Source: an uncultured Actinomycetota bacterium
GTDB lineage: Bacteria; Actinomycetota; Actinomycetes; JAHEKZ01
DNA: 64,000 nucleotides
Direction of reading: 5' to 3'
NCBI GenBank assembly: GCA_963743915.1
Contig: CAVURN010000001.1
Span: 224,001-288,000, forward strand
Shown here: piece after piece, positions 1 to 13,094 of the stretch
Layout of the letters: every line of letters starts with the position of its first letter
Position numbering within the stretch: the stretch's first letter is position 1
The notes under the pieces: generated by a model
Database searches by the model: none
The model's input: only the letters and a program-made list of their open reading frames with translations
What the model was told of the DNA's origin: nothing
Translations under genes and position numbers: made by a program

Positions 1-610
1 CGAGGTCGAGGCCAGTGACCCGGCCTTCTCGAACCCCACCAAGTTCGTGGGACCCGTCTACGAGAAGCAGGACGCCGACGCGCTCGCGGTGGCCAAGGGC
101 TGGCACTTCAAGCAGGACGGACAGGTGTGGCGTCGCGTCGTGCCGTCGCCGCGTCCGAAGCAGATCTTCGAGCTCCGGCCCTTGCGCTGGTTGCTGGACC
201 AGGGCGCGGTGGTCATCGCAGCAGGTGGCGGTGGCATCCCCACGATGTACCTGCCGGGGACGCGGACGCTCGTCGGCGTCGAGGCCGTCATCGACAAGGA
301 CCTGGCGAGCGCCTTGATGGCACAGCTGATCGACGCCGACGAGTTCGTCGTGGCCACCGACGCCGACGCCGTCTACCTCGACTGGGGCAGCGAGCAGCAG
401 AGGGCGATCGCGAGGGTGTCACCCGACCAGCTGGCCACGATGAAGTTCCCGGACGGTTCGATGGGTCCCAAGGTGGAGGCCGCCAGCGACTTCGTCCTGA
501 CGACCAAGCGGCGGGCCCGGATCGGTGACCTGACCGAGCTGCCTGCCGTGCTGGCCGGTGCGGCCGGCACGCAGATCGTCTTCGGCGAAGGCATCCTGGA
601 GTACCGCTGA
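1..610 (+). CDS. arcC: Carbamate kinase, 5'-truncated by window edge
   Basis: DPAFSNPTKFVGP, WRRVVPSPRP, AGGGGIP, EAVIDKD and GSMGPKVEAA motifs; the frame is open from base 2. Confidence 0.93.
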   Translation, partial: EVEASDPAFSNPTKFVGPVYEKQDADALAVAKGWHFKQDGQVWRRVVPSPRPKQIFELRPLRWLLDQGAVVIAAGGGGIPTMYLPGTRTLVGVEAVIDKDLASALMAQLIDADEFVVATDADAVYLDWGSEQQRAIARVSPDQLATMKFPDGSMGPKVEAASDFVLTTKRRARIGDLTELPAVLAGAAGTQIVFGEGILEYR

Positions 611-672
611 GGTCGGCGTTGGCGGGAAACCCGATGGCGTCCACGGCCATCGGTGCGTGAGACTGTCCCCTC

Positions 673-2307
673 GTGGGACACGTCGACGTCAACGGGGTCA
701 GCTTCGTCCTGCCCGACGGCCGCACCCTGTTCGACGACGTGTCGTTCCGGGTCGGGGACGGGGCCGTGGTGGCGCTCGTCGGCGCGAACGGTGCGGGCAA
801 GACCACGCTCATGCGCATCATCGCCGGGGACATCGATCCCCTCGAGGGTTCGGTGTCGCGGAGCGGCGGACTGGGTGTCATGCGCCAGTTCGTGGGCAGT
901 GTGCGCGACGACTCCACGGTGCGCGACCTCTTGGTGTCGGTGGCACCACCACGCATCCGCGACGCGGCACGCGAGATGGACGCAGCCGAGCTGGCGATGA
1001 TGGAGCGGGACGACGAGAAGACCCAGATGCGCTATGCCCAGGCGATCGCCGACTGGGGAGACGCACACGGCTACGACGCCGAGGTGGTGTGGGACGCCTG
1101 CACCATGGAGGCGCTCGGCGTGCCCTACGAGCGTGCCCAGTACCGCGAGGTGCGGACGCTCTCGGGCGGCGAGCAGAAGCGCCTGGTGCTCGAGGCTCTG
1201 CTCCGTGGACCGGACGAGGTGCTGCTGCTCGACGAGCCGGACAACTACCTGGATGTGCCGGGCAAGCAGTGGCTGGAGCGTCAGCTCGCCGACACCCAGA
1301 AGACGGTGCTGCTCATCTCCCACGACCGCGAGCTGCTCGCCCAGGCGGCCAACCGCATCGTGACCGTCGAGGGTGGATCGTCGTGGGTGCACGGCGGCGG
1401 GTTCGCGACGTACCACGATGCGCGGCGTGATCGGCACGAGCGGCTCGACGAGCTGCGGCGGCGATGGGACGAGAAGCACGAGCAGCTCAAGGAGCTCGTG
1501 CGCAACCTGCGCGTGAAGGCTGAGTACAACGACGGCATGGCGAGTCGGTACCAGGCCGCCTGCACGCGCCTGGCCAAGTTCGAGGAGGCCGGTCCGCCGG
1601 AGGAGCGCCCACGCGAGCAGAACGTCCGCATGCGGCTGAAGGGTGGACGGACCGGCGTCCGCGCGGTCACGTGCCAGGACCTCGAGCTCACCGGGCTGAT
1701 GCGGCCGTTCGACCTCGAGGTGTTCTACGGCGAGCGGGTCGCCGTGCTGGGCAGCAACGGCTCGGGCAAGTCGCACTTCCTGCGCCTGCTGGCGTCCTGG
1801 GACCCCCGGACGGGCACGGAGCAGGCGACGGTGGCCCACGCGGGCGGGTGGAAGCTCGGTGCGCGAGTGGTCCCGGGCCACTTTGCGCAGACGCACGACC
1901 ACCCCGAGTTCGTCGGGCGGACGCTGATCGAGCTGCTCTGGGAGCAGCACTCGCTGCAGCTGGGTGCCGCGAAGTCGGCGCTGCGTCGCTATGAGCTCGA
2001 CCGACAGGGCGAGCAGCGGTTCGAGACGCTCTCGGGTGGCCAGCAGGCACGCTTCCAGATCCTGCTGCTCGAGCTGTCCGGCGTCACCCTGCTGCTGCTC
2101 GACGAACCGACCGACAACCTCGACCTCGCCAGCGCGGAGGCGCTGGAGGACGGGCTCGAGTCGTTCGACGGCACCGTCATGTGCGTGACCCACGACCGCT
2201 GGTTCGCCCGCTCGTTCGACCGGTTCCTCATCTTCGGGTCGGACGGCCAGGTATACGAGACGTCTGAGCCGGTGTGGGACGAGGCGCGCGTGCAGCGCGC
2301 CCGCTGA
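673..2307 (+). CDS. ABC-F family ATP-binding protein
   Basis: Two ABC cassettes (GANGAGKT/LSGGE/LLLDEPDN and GSNGSGKS/LSGGQ/LLLDEPTDN); no transmembrane segments. Confidence 0.92.
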   Translation: MGHVDVNGVSFVLPDGRTLFDDVSFRVGDGAVVALVGANGAGKTTLMRIIAGDIDPLEGSVSRSGGLGVMRQFVGSVRDDSTVRDLLVSVAPPRIRDAAREMDAAELAMMERDDEKTQMRYAQAIADWGDAHGYDAEVVWDACTMEALGVPYERAQYREVRTLSGGEQKRLVLEALLRGPDEVLLLDEPDNYLDVPGKQWLERQLADTQKTVLLISHDRELLAQAANRIVTVEGGSSWVHGGGFATYHDARRDRHERLDELRRRWDEKHEQLKELVRNLRVKAEYNDGMASRYQAACTRLAKFEEAGPPEERPREQNVRMRLKGGRTGVRAVTCQDLELTGLMRPFDLEVFYGERVAVLGSNGSGKSHFLRLLASWDPRTGTEQATVAHAGGWKLGARVVPGHFAQTHDHPEFVGRTLIELLWEQHSLQLGAAKSALRRYELDRQGEQRFETLSGGQQARFQILLLELSGVTLLLLDEPTDNLDLASAEALEDGLESFDGTVMCVTHDRWFARSFDRFLIFGSDGQVYETSEPVWDEARVQRAR

Positions 2308-3472
2308 CCCGAGCCACGGCCGCCGCGAGGGTCGTGCTGGCCGTGCCCGCGGCGAAGGTCCAGGTGGGGCTCGCGTCCGCGAGGACGCCACCCACGGCGA
2401 CGCCGGCGCCGATCCCGAGCAGCAGGAAGGTCGTGGTCCAGGCGAAGGCGTCGGTGCGCCGGCCCGGGGCGGCCCGGCTCGCGACCACCCCGTAGCCCGC
2501 AGCCAACGACGGCGCCAGGGCCAGGCCGGACAGGAACAGGGTCAACCCCAGCCAGGGCAGGCCGAAGCTCCAACCGACGACGATGGTCGCGGTACCTGCG
2601 GCGACGCCCCCCATGAGCCAGGGCCAGCGGTCGCTCGGGCCGCGACGCCAACGGTGGCGCGCGGCCACGAGCCCGCCCACCAGGGAGCCGAGGCTCCACA
2701 GCGCCAGGAGCCACCCGCTGGCGGCTCGACTCTGCTCGAGGATGGCGACGGCGGGGACGCCCACTTCGACCAGGCCGAGCCCGAACGCCATCACGGCCAG
2801 CGCCGAGTAGGGACCAGCCAGGTCCAGCAGCGAGCGTGCCAGCGGCACCCGCGTCGACGGCGCCGGGTGCGGCCGCCAGTGAGGGCGCACGATCCCTGCG
2901 AAGGTGATGCCGCCGACCATGCCCAGGACCGCGGCGGCGGTGAGGGCCGCACTCGGTCCGGACACCGCCACCAGGAGGCCCACCAACGCGGGCCCGGCGA
3001 TGAAGATGAGCTCCTGCCACGTGGCGTCGTGGGTGTACAGCGCATCCAGATGGTGCTCGTCGACCGCCAGCTGCGGCCACAGCGTGCGCGAGATGGGAGA
3101 GGTGGGGGCCGCGAGGAGGCCACCGGTCGCGGCGAGGGCGATGAAGACGCCCTCGGTGGACCAGCCGCCCAGGGCGAGGACGAGGACGACGATCCCCTGC
3201 GAGAGGGCGGTGAGCGCCTCGATCCGGTGGGCGCGACCGCGCCCGGCCAGCCCGCCCCAGAGCGGTTGGCTCACCGCCGAGCCGACTGCCCAGGCCCCGC
3301 CGGCGAGTCCGGCGGTCGCGATCGATCCTGTGCCCTCCTGCGCCAGCAGCACCACAGAGAGAGGGGCCAGGCCCTGCGGCATCCGCGCGACGATGGACGC
3401 GACCAGCACCACCACGCTGGTGCGGCGGCCGTCGGCCGCGCCGACACCGGCGTCTGGCTCGACAGGGGTCAC
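2228..3472 (-). CDS. MFS transporter
   Basis: About 12 hydrophobic helices; TAGGGT -10-like hexamer just upstream of the GTG; 3' end overlaps the ABC-F gene by 80 bp, so the stop is uncertain. Confidence 0.85.
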   Translation of the reverse strand: MTPVEPDAGVGAADGRRTSVVVLVASIVARMPQGLAPLSVVLLAQEGTGSIATAGLAGGAWAVGSAVSQPLWGGLAGRGRAHRIEALTALSQGIVVLVLALGGWSTEGVFIALAATGGLLAAPTSPISRTLWPQLAVDEHHLDALYTHDATWQELIFIAGPALVGLLVAVSGPSAALTAAAVLGMVGGITFAGIVRPHWRPHPAPSTRVPLARSLLDLAGPYSALAVMAFGLGLVEVGVPAVAILEQSRAASGWLLALWSLGSLVGGLVAARHRWRRGPSDRWPWLMGGVAAGTATIVVGWSFGLPWLGLTLFLSGLALAPSLAAGYGVVASRAAPGRRTDAFAWTTTFLLLGIGAGVAVGGVLADASPTWTFAAGTASTTLAAAVARVSGRAARAPRPTPAQTSRIPGRPTRR

Positions 3473-3620
3473 TCCGCCACCCTATGGAGCGTGTCCGAGG
3501 GCGTTGGACCCCGGTTTTGACCCGTCACGGCCCACCCGGGTAATCTGGACGGCTGTTGCGCCTGCTTTTCGTGAACGTGGGCGCCCCCGCAATCTCGTAT
3601 GAGACCAGAGAAGGTTTGCC

Positions 3621-4064
3621 GTGCGCACGTACAGCCCCAAGCCAGGCGACGTCCAGCGTCAGTGGTACGTCATCGACGCTGAGGACGTCGTCCTCGGACG
3701 CCTCGCCGCGCAGGTGGCGCAGTTGCTGCGCGGCAAGCACAAGGCCGTCTTCGCGCCACACGTGGACACCGGTGACTTCGTCGTCGTCATCAACGCCGAC
3801 AAGATCGCCCTGACCGGCGCCAAGCGTGAGCAGAAGCTCGCCTACCACCACTCCGGCTACCCCGGCGGTCTCCGCGCCACCGGCTACGACGAGCTGCTCG
3901 CGAAGAACCCGCGGCGCGCGGTCGAGAAGGCGGTCTGGGGCATGCTCCCGAAGAACCGCATCGCCCGGCAGCAGCTGAAGAAGCTCAAGGTCTACGCCGG
4001 CCCGGAGCACCCGCACTCGGCGCAGCAGCCGGTGCCGTTCGAGATCACCCAGGTCGCGCAGTAG
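3621..4064 (+). CDS. rplM: 50S ribosomal protein L13
   Basis: [40 protein letters not shown]. Confidence 0.99.
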   Translation: MRTYSPKPGDVQRQWYVIDAEDVVLGRLAAQVAQLLRGKHKAVFAPHVDTGDFVVVINADKIALTGAKREQKLAYHHSGYPGGLRATGYDELLAKNPRRAVEKAVWGMLPKNRIARQQLKKLKVYAGPEHPHSAQQPVPFEITQVAQ

Positions 4065-4096
4065 CGCCCGGGCCAGCAGAAGGTATCGAGAGGACC

Positions 4097-4606
4097 ATGT
4101 CCGACGTGACCGTCACCGAAGAGACCGCCCCCGAGGCGATCGCCGAGTCCGAGGCCGCCGCAACCGGCGACTTCAGCACCGAGTCGACCGTTGCGGTCAC
4201 CCCGCGCGAGATCTCGGACGACCCCGGCGCCGCCACCGGCCGGCGCAAGGAGGCGATCGCGCGTGTGCGCATCGCCCCAGGCACCGGCAAGTGGACGGTC
4301 AACGGCAAAGAGCTCGACGAGGTCTTTCCGAACAAGGTCCACCAGCAGGTCGTCAATGACCCGTTCCGGGTGCTGCAGATCGAAGGCCGCTACGACGTCA
4401 TCGCCCGCGTGCACGGTGGCGGTGTGTCCGGCCAAGCCGGTGCCATCCGCCTCGGCATCGCCCGCGCGCTGAGCGACATCGACACCGAGGGCAACCGCCC
4501 GCCGCTGAAGAAGGCCGGCTACCTCACCCGTGATCCGAGGGCCAAGGAGCGCCGCAAGGCAGGTCTGAAGAAGGCGCGCAAAGCTCCGCAGTACTCCAAG
4601 CGCTGA
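4097..4606 (+). CDS. rpsI: 30S ribosomal protein S9
   Basis: [24 protein letters not shown]-terminal [11 protein letters not shown]. Confidence 0.99.
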   Translation: MSDVTVTEETAPEAIAESEAAATGDFSTESTVAVTPREISDDPGAATGRRKEAIARVRIAPGTGKWTVNGKELDEVFPNKVHQQVVNDPFRVLQIEGRYDVIARVHGGGVSGQAGAIRLGIARALSDIDTEGNRPPLKKAGYLTRDPRAKERRKAGLKKARKAPQYSKR

Positions 4607-4678
4607 CGCGTCTTCGCCCCCAGCTCTCCGCCTGGCCGTCGATCGGTCGCCGAACGCGGGGGTGCACGAGGAGGTCCC

Positions 4679-6022
4679 TTGGCCAGGCTGTTCGGAACCG
4701 ATGGTGTGCGTGGGGTCGCCAACCGCGACCTCACCGCGGAGCTGGCGCTTGATCTCAGCGTGGCTGCTGCGCACGTCCTCGCTGAGACAGGCGCCTTCGC
4801 AGGACACCGGCCGGTGGCCGTCGTCGGTCGTGACCCGCGTGCATCTGGTGAGTTCCTCGAGGCCGCAGTCGTGGCCGGGCTCGCGAGTGCGGGGGTCGAC
4901 GTCCGCCGGGTGGGAGTGCTGCCGACGCCGGCCGTCGCGCACCTGACGGCGGCCCGCCAGGCGGACCTCGGTGTGATGCTCTCCGCATCACACAATGCGA
5001 TGCCGGACAACGGCATCAAGTTCTTCGCCCGCGGCGGACACAAGCTCGCCGACGGCATCGAGGACGCAGTCGAGTCCCGGCTCGGCGAGCCATGGGACCG
5101 TCCGACGGGAGCAGCAGTCGGGCGCGTCATCGCCGACACCGCGGGAGCCGACGACTACGTGGCCCACCTCTTGTCGACGCTGGGTGAGCAGCGCCTGACA
5201 CCCGTGCGCGTCGTCGTCGACTGCGCAAACGGGGCGGCCGCCGCTGTCGCGGCGGATGCCTTCAGTCGCGCGGGGGCTGAGGTCACCACCATCCATGACG
5301 AACCTGACGGCCTGAACATCAACGACGGCTGTGGATCGACCCACATGCAGTCGCTGCAGGAGGCCGTCGTCGAGCACGGGGCTGACCTCGGGTTTGCACT
5401 CGACGGTGATGCCGACCGCTGCCTTGCCGTCGACGCCGAGGGCGCCGTCGTCGACGGCGACCAGATCCTGGCCATCCTGACGGTCGCCATGCGCGATGCG
5501 GGTCGGCTGGCCCACAACAGCGTCGTCTCGACGGTGATGGCGAACCTCGGCTTTCGCCAGGCGATGCAGCGCGCGGGGATCGCGGTCGTCGCCACGGCCG
5601 TGGGGGACCGGTACGTGCTGGAGGCCATGCGATCCTTCGGCTACACCCTCGGGGGCGAGCAGTCGGGACACCTGATCATGTCCGAGCACGCGACGACCGG
5701 CGACGGACTGCTCACCGCGCTCCACACCACCGCGGAGGTGGTGCGATCGGGCCAGCCGCTGGCCAAGCTCGCCTCGGTGATGCAGCGATTCCCTCAGGTT
5801 CTCGTGAACGTGTCCGGTGTCGACAAGCTTCGCGTGGACGCACCCGCCATCGCCGCGGCCGTGGCCGAAGAGGAGCACGAGCTCGGGGAGCAGGGCCGCG
5901 TGCTCCTGCGTCCCAGTGGCACCGAGCCCCTCGTCCGCGTGATGGTCGAGGCCGATACGGCCGAGCGCGCTCAGCTCGTGGCCGACCGCCTGGCCGCTGT
6001 CGTGCGGAAGACCATCGGCTGA
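4679..6022 (+). CDS. glmM: Phosphoglucosamine mutase
   Basis: [35 protein letters not shown]. Confidence 0.98.
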   Translation: MARLFGTDGVRGVANRDLTAELALDLSVAAAHVLAETGAFAGHRPVAVVGRDPRASGEFLEAAVVAGLASAGVDVRRVGVLPTPAVAHLTAARQADLGVMLSASHNAMPDNGIKFFARGGHKLADGIEDAVESRLGEPWDRPTGAAVGRVIADTAGADDYVAHLLSTLGEQRLTPVRVVVDCANGAAAAVAADAFSRAGAEVTTIHDEPDGLNINDGCGSTHMQSLQEAVVEHGADLGFALDGDADRCLAVDAEGAVVDGDQILAILTVAMRDAGRLAHNSVVSTVMANLGFRQAMQRAGIAVVATAVGDRYVLEAMRSFGYTLGGEQSGHLIMSEHATTGDGLLTALHTTAEVVRSGQPLAKLASVMQRFPQVLVNVSGVDKLRVDAPAIAAAVAEEEHELGEQGRVLLRPSGTEPLVRVMVEADTAERAQLVADRLAAVVRKTIG

Positions 6023-6079
6023 GCCGGCGCGGCGCCGGACAGGCGCTGGCGGGATCTGGCAGAACGTAGGGTGTAGCCC

Positions 6080-7915
<1,836 letters not shown>

Positions 7916-7919
<4 letters not shown>

Positions 7920-8417
7920 CCACCTCCGATCTCACCGGCGACCGGGTGGCGACTGCTCCCGATCCGGCCCGAGGACGTCGGCGTCCTGCGCGAGATCCGG
8001 GCCTCCTCGTCGGTCCACCGCTGGTGGGGGGCGCCCGAGACGCCCGACTGGCCGTTCGATGACGACACCACCCAGGTCCGTTCCGTCTGGCACGACGACC
8101 GGGTCGTCGGGTTCGTGCAGTGGTACGAGAACGCCGACCCCCGGTACCGGCATGCCGGCATCGACCTGTTCCTCGCGGGCGAGGCCCAAGGCCGCGGCCT
8201 TGGACGCGAGACGGTGACCGTGGTCGTCGACCACCTCGTCCGCGACCGCGGGCACCACCGCATCGTCATCGATCCTGCAGCCGCGAACGAGCGTGCCATC
8301 GCCTGCTACGCCGCCTGCGGGTTCCGTGCCGTGGGCACCATGCGCCGCTACGAACGCGACGTCGACGGTGACGGCTGGCACGACGGCCTTCTGATGGAGC
8401 TCGTCGTCGACTCGTGA
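7916..8417 (+). CDS. GNAT acetyltransferase, AAC(6')-like (apparent frameshift near 7948)
   Basis: [48 protein letters not shown]; GTG overlaps the glmS stop. Confidence 0.85.
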
Positions 8418-8432
8418 CACGACACCCATCCA

Positions 8433-8508
8433 CCGGTGATCGGAGCGTTTCAGTCACATGTCGGCGTCCTGTGGGGTCAGAAAATGACTGAGACGCTCCG
8501 ATCACCGG
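8433..8508. repeat. Long inverted repeat (24-bp arms, 28-nt loop), REP-like or terminator
   Basis: ccggtgatcggagcgtttcagtca (8433-8456) pairs with tgactgagacgctccgatcaccgg (8485-8508), one mismatch. Confidence 0.85.
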
Positions 8509-8545
8509 CAGTACGGGGGGAGCGGGACGGTGGGAGACTGTCGGA

Positions 8546-8896
8546 GTGATCGTGGGGATTGGCATCGACGTGGTCGACATCGACCGGTTCGGCCAGGTGC
8601 TCGAGCGCAGTCCCGGGCTGCGTGAACGTCTGTTCACTCCGGCCGAACGATCGTTGCCGCTCGCGTCACTGGCCGCACGGTTCGCCGCCAAGGAGGCGCT
8701 CGCCAAGGCGCTCGGGGCGCCTGCGGGTCTGCACTGGCACGACTGTGAGGTCGTCAAGGACGCGGAGGGCCGACCGGTCTTCGCGTTGCAGGGAACCGTC
8801 GCCGACCGGGCCGCACAGCAGAGCGCCGGCACCCTGCACCTGTCGCTGAGCCATGACGCCGGCATCGCGTCGGCCATGGTCGTGGCCGAGAGCTGA
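8546..8896 (+). CDS. acpS: Holo-ACP synthase
   Basis: [31 protein letters not shown]. Confidence 0.97.
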   Translation: MIVGIGIDVVDIDRFGQVLERSPGLRERLFTPAERSLPLASLAARFAAKEALAKALGAPAGLHWHDCEVVKDAEGRPVFALQGTVADRAAQQSAGTLHLSLSHDAGIASAMVVAES

Positions 8897-8904
8897 GGGG
8901 CGTC

Positions 8905-10356
8905 GTGCAAGGGGTCCACACCGTCGAGGAGGTCCGTGCAGCCGAGGAGGCGGTGCTGGCGCGGATCGGTGCGCGCGAGCTGATGCTTCGTGCCGCCACG
9001 GGTCTTGCGCGGACCTGTGCCGAGCTTCTGGCGCTGCACCGCGGAGGTGTGTACGGCGCGCGCATCGTGCTGCTGGTCGGCACCGGCAACAACGGGGGTG
9101 ACGCTCTCTTCGCCGGTGCCGCCCTCGCGCGCCGAGGCGCCCAGGTGTTGGTGGTCCCTACTGGCACGCGCCTGCACGAGGAAGGTCACGCTGCCGTAGT
9201 GCGTGCAGGTGGACGCGTCCTGCCGCCTGACGACGCCTCCGACGCGATCGCCTCCGCCGACCTGGTCATCGACGGGATGCTCGGCATCGGTGGCAAGGGT
9301 GCGCTCCGCGAGCCCGCCGGGTCACTGGCCGCACGTGCCACGGCCAGCGCTGCGCTCGTGGTGGCCGTCGACCTGCCGAGCGGAGTGGATGCCGACACCG
9401 GAGCAGCCGGCGACGACGCCGTGTGGGCGGATGTGACGGTCAGCTTCGGTTTGATGAAGCCGGGACTGCTGCTGCCGCCAGGTTCGCTGCATGCCGGCGT
9501 GGTCGAGCTCGTCGACATCGGGCTGGGGGATGACGCGGTGGTCCCGTCCGTCACCTGTCTCGACGCACAGGATGTCGCCGTGCTGCTGCCGCGTCCTGGA
9601 CCCCTCGACCACAAGTACTCGCAAGGGGTGGTCGGCATCGCCGCCGGCTCTGAGCGCTACCCGGGTGCGGCTGTCCTTGCCGTCGGTGGTGCCGCCCGGG
9701 TGAAGGCCGGCCTGGTGCGGTACTCGGGGTCGGCGGCCGCCGACGTGGTGCGGGCCTGGCCCTCGGTGATCGTGTCCGCCGGGGGCGTGGTCGACGCGGG
9801 CCGCGTCCAGGCGTGGGCCGTCGGGCCCGGAATCGGTCTGGACGGCACGGCGCACGACCGTCTGGCCGAGGTCCTGGGCGAGCCCGTGCCCGTCGTCGTC
9901 GACGCCGACGGTCTGAGCCTGCTCGCGACCGCACCGCAGCTGCTGGACGGGCGGACGGTGAGCACCGTCCTGACGCCGCACGAGCGCGAGTTCGCACGCC
10001 TCGCGCCCGACCTCGAGGTATCGGCGGACCCGGTCGCCGCCGTTCGGACCCTGGCGGCTCGGCTGCGGTGCACGGTCCTGCTGAAGGGTGCCACCACGAT
10101 CGTGGCGGCACCTGACGGGCAGGTGAGGCTGAACCTCACCGGGACCCCGTGGTTGGCGACAGGGGGCACCGGGGACGTCCTCACCGGCATGGTGGCCGCC
10201 TTCCTGGCTGCTGGGCTCACCCCGCTGGACGCGGCATCAGTCGCGGCGTTCGTGCACGGGATTGCGGCACGTCTGGCCGCCGACGGCGCAGCGGTCACGG
10301 CGTCCGACGTGGTGGCCACGCTGCCGGACGCGGTACGTGCAGTGTCGCGCCCCTAG
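8905..10356 (+). CDS. nnr: Bifunctional NAD(P)H-hydrate epimerase/dehydratase
   Basis: GTGNNGGDAL, DLPSG, HKYSQG, VVDADGL, LTPHEREF, LATGGTGDVLTG. Confidence 0.95.
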   Translation: MQGVHTVEEVRAAEEAVLARIGARELMLRAATGLARTCAELLALHRGGVYGARIVLLVGTGNNGGDALFAGAALARRGAQVLVVPTGTRLHEEGHAAVVRAGGRVLPPDDASDAIASADLVIDGMLGIGGKGALREPAGSLAARATASAALVVAVDLPSGVDADTGAAGDDAVWADVTVSFGLMKPGLLLPPGSLHAGVVELVDIGLGDDAVVPSVTCLDAQDVAVLLPRPGPLDHKYSQGVVGIAAGSERYPGAAVLAVGGAARVKAGLVRYSGSAAADVVRAWPSVIVSAGGVVDAGRVQAWAVGPGIGLDGTAHDRLAEVLGEPVPVVVDADGLSLLATAPQLLDGRTVSTVLTPHEREFARLAPDLEVSADPVAAVRTLAARLRCTVLLKGATTIVAAPDGQVRLNLTGTPWLATGGTGDVLTGMVAAFLAAGLTPLDAASVAAFVHGIAARLAADGAAVTASDVVATLPDAVRAVSRP

Positions 10357-10405
10357 ACCGTGGCGCGTCGCGGGTCGACACGGCCCGGGATGGGAGAATG
10401 ACGGA

Positions 10406-11554
10406 GTGCCTGAGCTCCCTCGCGTCCCCCTGCGCGAGCTCCGCGTCGACCTCGACGCGATCACTGCCAACACGGCAGTGCTGCAGCAGCACGCGGGCGA
10501 CGCGGGCGTGATGGCCGTCGTCAAGGCTGATGCCTACGGGCACGGGCTCATTCCGTCGGCCCGTGCGGCCTTGGCCGGAGGAGCCGACTGGTTGGGAGTG
10601 GCGCTCCTCGACGAGGCACTGGCTCTGCGAGCTGCCGGCATCGGTTCCCCGCTGCTGGCCTGGCTGCTCGGACCGGACGAGCCGTGGCCGGCGGCCCTCG
10701 AGGCGGACATCGACCTGTCGGTGTCCGCAGCGACGACGCTCAGCTCGATCGCGGACGCTGCCCGGGAGCGCGGTCGCCCGGCCCGCGTGCACCTCAAGGT
10801 CGATACCGGTCTGGGGCGGTCGGGGTCGGCGGTCGGTGACTGGCCCGACATCGTCGACGCAGCCCGCAAGGCCGAGCTGGACGGAACGGTGGAGGTCGTC
10901 GGGCTGTGGTCTCACCTGGCCTGGGCGGATGCTCCAGGTCACCCCACGATCGACCGCCAGCTCGGCGTCTTCAGCGAAGCGATCGACGTCGCCGACCGGG
11001 CGGGTCTGCGTCCGACCGTGCGCCACCTCGCCAACTCGGCAGCCACCCTCACGCGACCGGACACCCACTTCGACCTGACCCGACCGGGACTGGCGGTGTA
11101 CGGCCTGTCGCCGCTGCGCGGTACCGCGCCCGGGGCAGTCGGGCTGCGCCCCGCAATGTCCCTGCGGGCGCAACTGACGCTGGTCAAACGGGTGCCCGCC
11201 GGTCATGGGGTCTCGTACATGCACCAGTACGTCACTGACCGCGAGTCCACCCTCGGCCTGGTGCCGCTCGGGTATGCCGACGGCATCCCGCGCGACGCGA
11301 CCAACGTCGGGCCGGTGCTCGCCGCCGGCCGACGTCGCACCGTGGCCGGCGTCGTGTGCATGGACCAGTTCGTGCTCGACCTCGGCGACGATGCGGCGTC
11401 CGTCGGTGACGTGGTCACGCTCTTCGGAAGCGGGGACGACGGTGAGCCGACGGCTCAGGAGTGGGCTGACGCGACCGGAACGATCTCCTACGAGATCGTC
11501 ACGCGGATGGGGCCGCGCGTCCCGCGTACCTACGTCGGGGGAGATGCGTCATGA
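10406..11554 (+). CDS. alr: Alanine racemase
   Basis: AVVKADAYGHG, HLKVDTGLGR, HLANSAA, PLGYADG, CMDQ; start assigned to GTG 10406. Confidence 0.97.
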   Translation: MPELPRVPLRELRVDLDAITANTAVLQQHAGDAGVMAVVKADAYGHGLIPSARAALAGGADWLGVALLDEALALRAAGIGSPLLAWLLGPDEPWPAALEADIDLSVSAATTLSSIADAARERGRPARVHLKVDTGLGRSGSAVGDWPDIVDAARKAELDGTVEVVGLWSHLAWADAPGHPTIDRQLGVFSEAIDVADRAGLRPTVRHLANSAATLTRPDTHFDLTRPGLAVYGLSPLRGTAPGAVGLRPAMSLRAQLTLVKRVPAGHGVSYMHQYVTDRESTLGLVPLGYADGIPRDATNVGPVLAAGRRRTVAGVVCMDQFVLDLGDDAASVGDVVTLFGSGDDGEPTAQEWADATGTISYEIVTRMGPRVPRTYVGGDAS

Positions 11555-12615
11555 ACCCGGCGCGTCAGGCCGGCATCGCCGGCGCTGCCCTGCTGGCGGC
11601 CGCGGTCGGCGCGGCCGCGGGCATGGCCGCGGAGCGGGTCGTCGTGGGCCGCCCCCTGCGGCGAGGGGAGACTCCTGGCGGCCGTCTCGGTCTCGGTCAG
11701 CTGCGCGGAACTCCGCACATCCTGACCCTCGACGACGGTGTCCAGCTGCACGTCGAGGTCGACGAGCCACGTCCGAACGCTGCCTGGCACGACCTCACGG
11801 TCGTCTTCGTGCACGGGTACGCGCTGAACCAGGACTGCTTCCACTTCCAGCGGCAGGCCCTCCGCGGCACAGCACGACTGGTCCTCTACGACCAGCGTTC
11901 ACACGGACGGTCCGGGCGCGGTTCTCCTGAGTCCGCCTCACTCCAGCAGCTGGCTGCTGATCTCGACGCCGTCCTCGATGCCTTTGCTCCAGGTCCTGTG
12001 GTCGTGGTCGGACACTCCATGGGCGGCATGACGGTGCTCGAGCTCGCCAGACGTGCTCCTGAGCAGTTCGGTGGCCGGATCGTCGGGGTGGTGCTCATGT
12101 CCACCTCGGCGGGCGAGATGGGGCGTGTCACCCTCGGACTGCCTGCCGTCGCTGTGCGCACCTTGCGACGTGCCGCTCCCACCCTGATCAAGGTGGGGCG
12201 CCGCACCTCGCAGGTGCTGGAACGAGGGCGGCAGATCAGCTCCGACCTCGCCGTTCTCGTGACCAAGGTGTACGCATTCAGCGGCGACGTGCCCGTCGAG
12301 CTGGTCGACTTCAGCCTCGAGATGATCAACGGCACGCCCATCGAGGTCCTTGGCGACTTCTACCCGGCCTTCGCCGAGCACGAGGCGACGGACGTGCTCG
12401 AGGTCCTCAACGGGACGGAGACCCTCATCGTCGTCGGTGCCCAGGATCTTCTGACTCCGCCGGAGCACAGCCAACAGCTGCTCCGTGGCATCCCCGGCGC
12501 CGAGCTGGAAGTCCTCGACCCCGGGGGACATCTGGTGATGCTCGAGCGACCGGACGATGTCAACGGGTACCTGATCGACATGCTCGAACGCGTCGCTCGT
12601 GGGATCGAGGCGTGA
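11551..12615 (+). CDS. Alpha/beta hydrolase
   Basis: VFVHGY, DQRSHGRS, GHSMGG nucleophile elbow, GHLVMLE; usual position between alr and tsaE. Confidence 0.93.
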   Translation: MNPARQAGIAGAALLAAAVGAAAGMAAERVVVGRPLRRGETPGGRLGLGQLRGTPHILTLDDGVQLHVEVDEPRPNAAWHDLTVVFVHGYALNQDCFHFQRQALRGTARLVLYDQRSHGRSGRGSPESASLQQLAADLDAVLDAFAPGPVVVVGHSMGGMTVLELARRAPEQFGGRIVGVVLMSTSAGEMGRVTLGLPAVAVRTLRRAAPTLIKVGRRTSQVLERGRQISSDLAVLVTKVYAFSGDVPVELVDFSLEMINGTPIEVLGDFYPAFAEHEATDVLEVLNGTETLIVVGAQDLLTPPEHSQQLLRGIPGAELEVLDPGGHLVMLERPDDVNGYLIDMLERVARGIEA

Positions 12616-13085
12616 CCCGCAGTGAGGTCATCGTCGAGGTGCCGGACGCCGACGCCATGCGTGACCTCGGGGCCCGGCTCGCGCGGGCCTGCCGCGCCGG
12701 TGACATCGTGGTTCTGGACGGGCCGTTGGGTGCGGGCAAGACCACGTTCACCCAGGGGCTGGCCGTCGGCCTCGGAGTGGCGGGTCCCGTGACATCGCCC
12801 ACTTTTGTCATCGCGCGCGTGCACCGTGCCGCGCAGGGGCCCGACCTCGTCCACGTCGACGCGTACCGGCTGAGCGGTCTGGCCGAGCTGGACGACCTCG
12901 ATCTCGATGCGTCGGTGGCCGACTCCATCACCGTCGTCGAGTGGGGTGAGGGGATGGCCGAGCGTCTGGGTGAGCAGGTGGTGGACGTGCGCATCGCGCG
13001 CGACGTCTCGGAGAGCTCGGAGCACCGGACCGTGCGCATCCGGATGCCCGAGGGACGTGAGCTGCCGCAGGCCGCCGGTCGGTAG
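12612..13085 (+). CDS. tsaE: t6A biosynthesis ATPase TsaE
   Basis: GPLGAGKTTF, SPTFVI, HVDAYRL, VVEWG. Confidence 0.97.
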   Translation: MTRSEVIVEVPDADAMRDLGARLARACRAGDIVVLDGPLGAGKTTFTQGLAVGLGVAGPVTSPTFVIARVHRAAQGPDLVHVDAYRLSGLAELDDLDLDASVADSITVVEWGEGMAERLGEQVVDVRIARDVSESSEHRTVRIRMPEGRELPQAAGR

Positions 13086-13094
13086 CGTGCGGGT

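Noticed and set aside
373-2391. Long antisense ORFs (also 4988-6568, 17099-19150, 24713-26398, 28694-30433, 58731-60353)
   Set aside because: Shadow ORFs opposite well-supported genes, expected in high-GC DNA
6023-6079. glmS ribozyme
   Set aside because: The intergenic gap is under 60 bp and the gene looks leaderless
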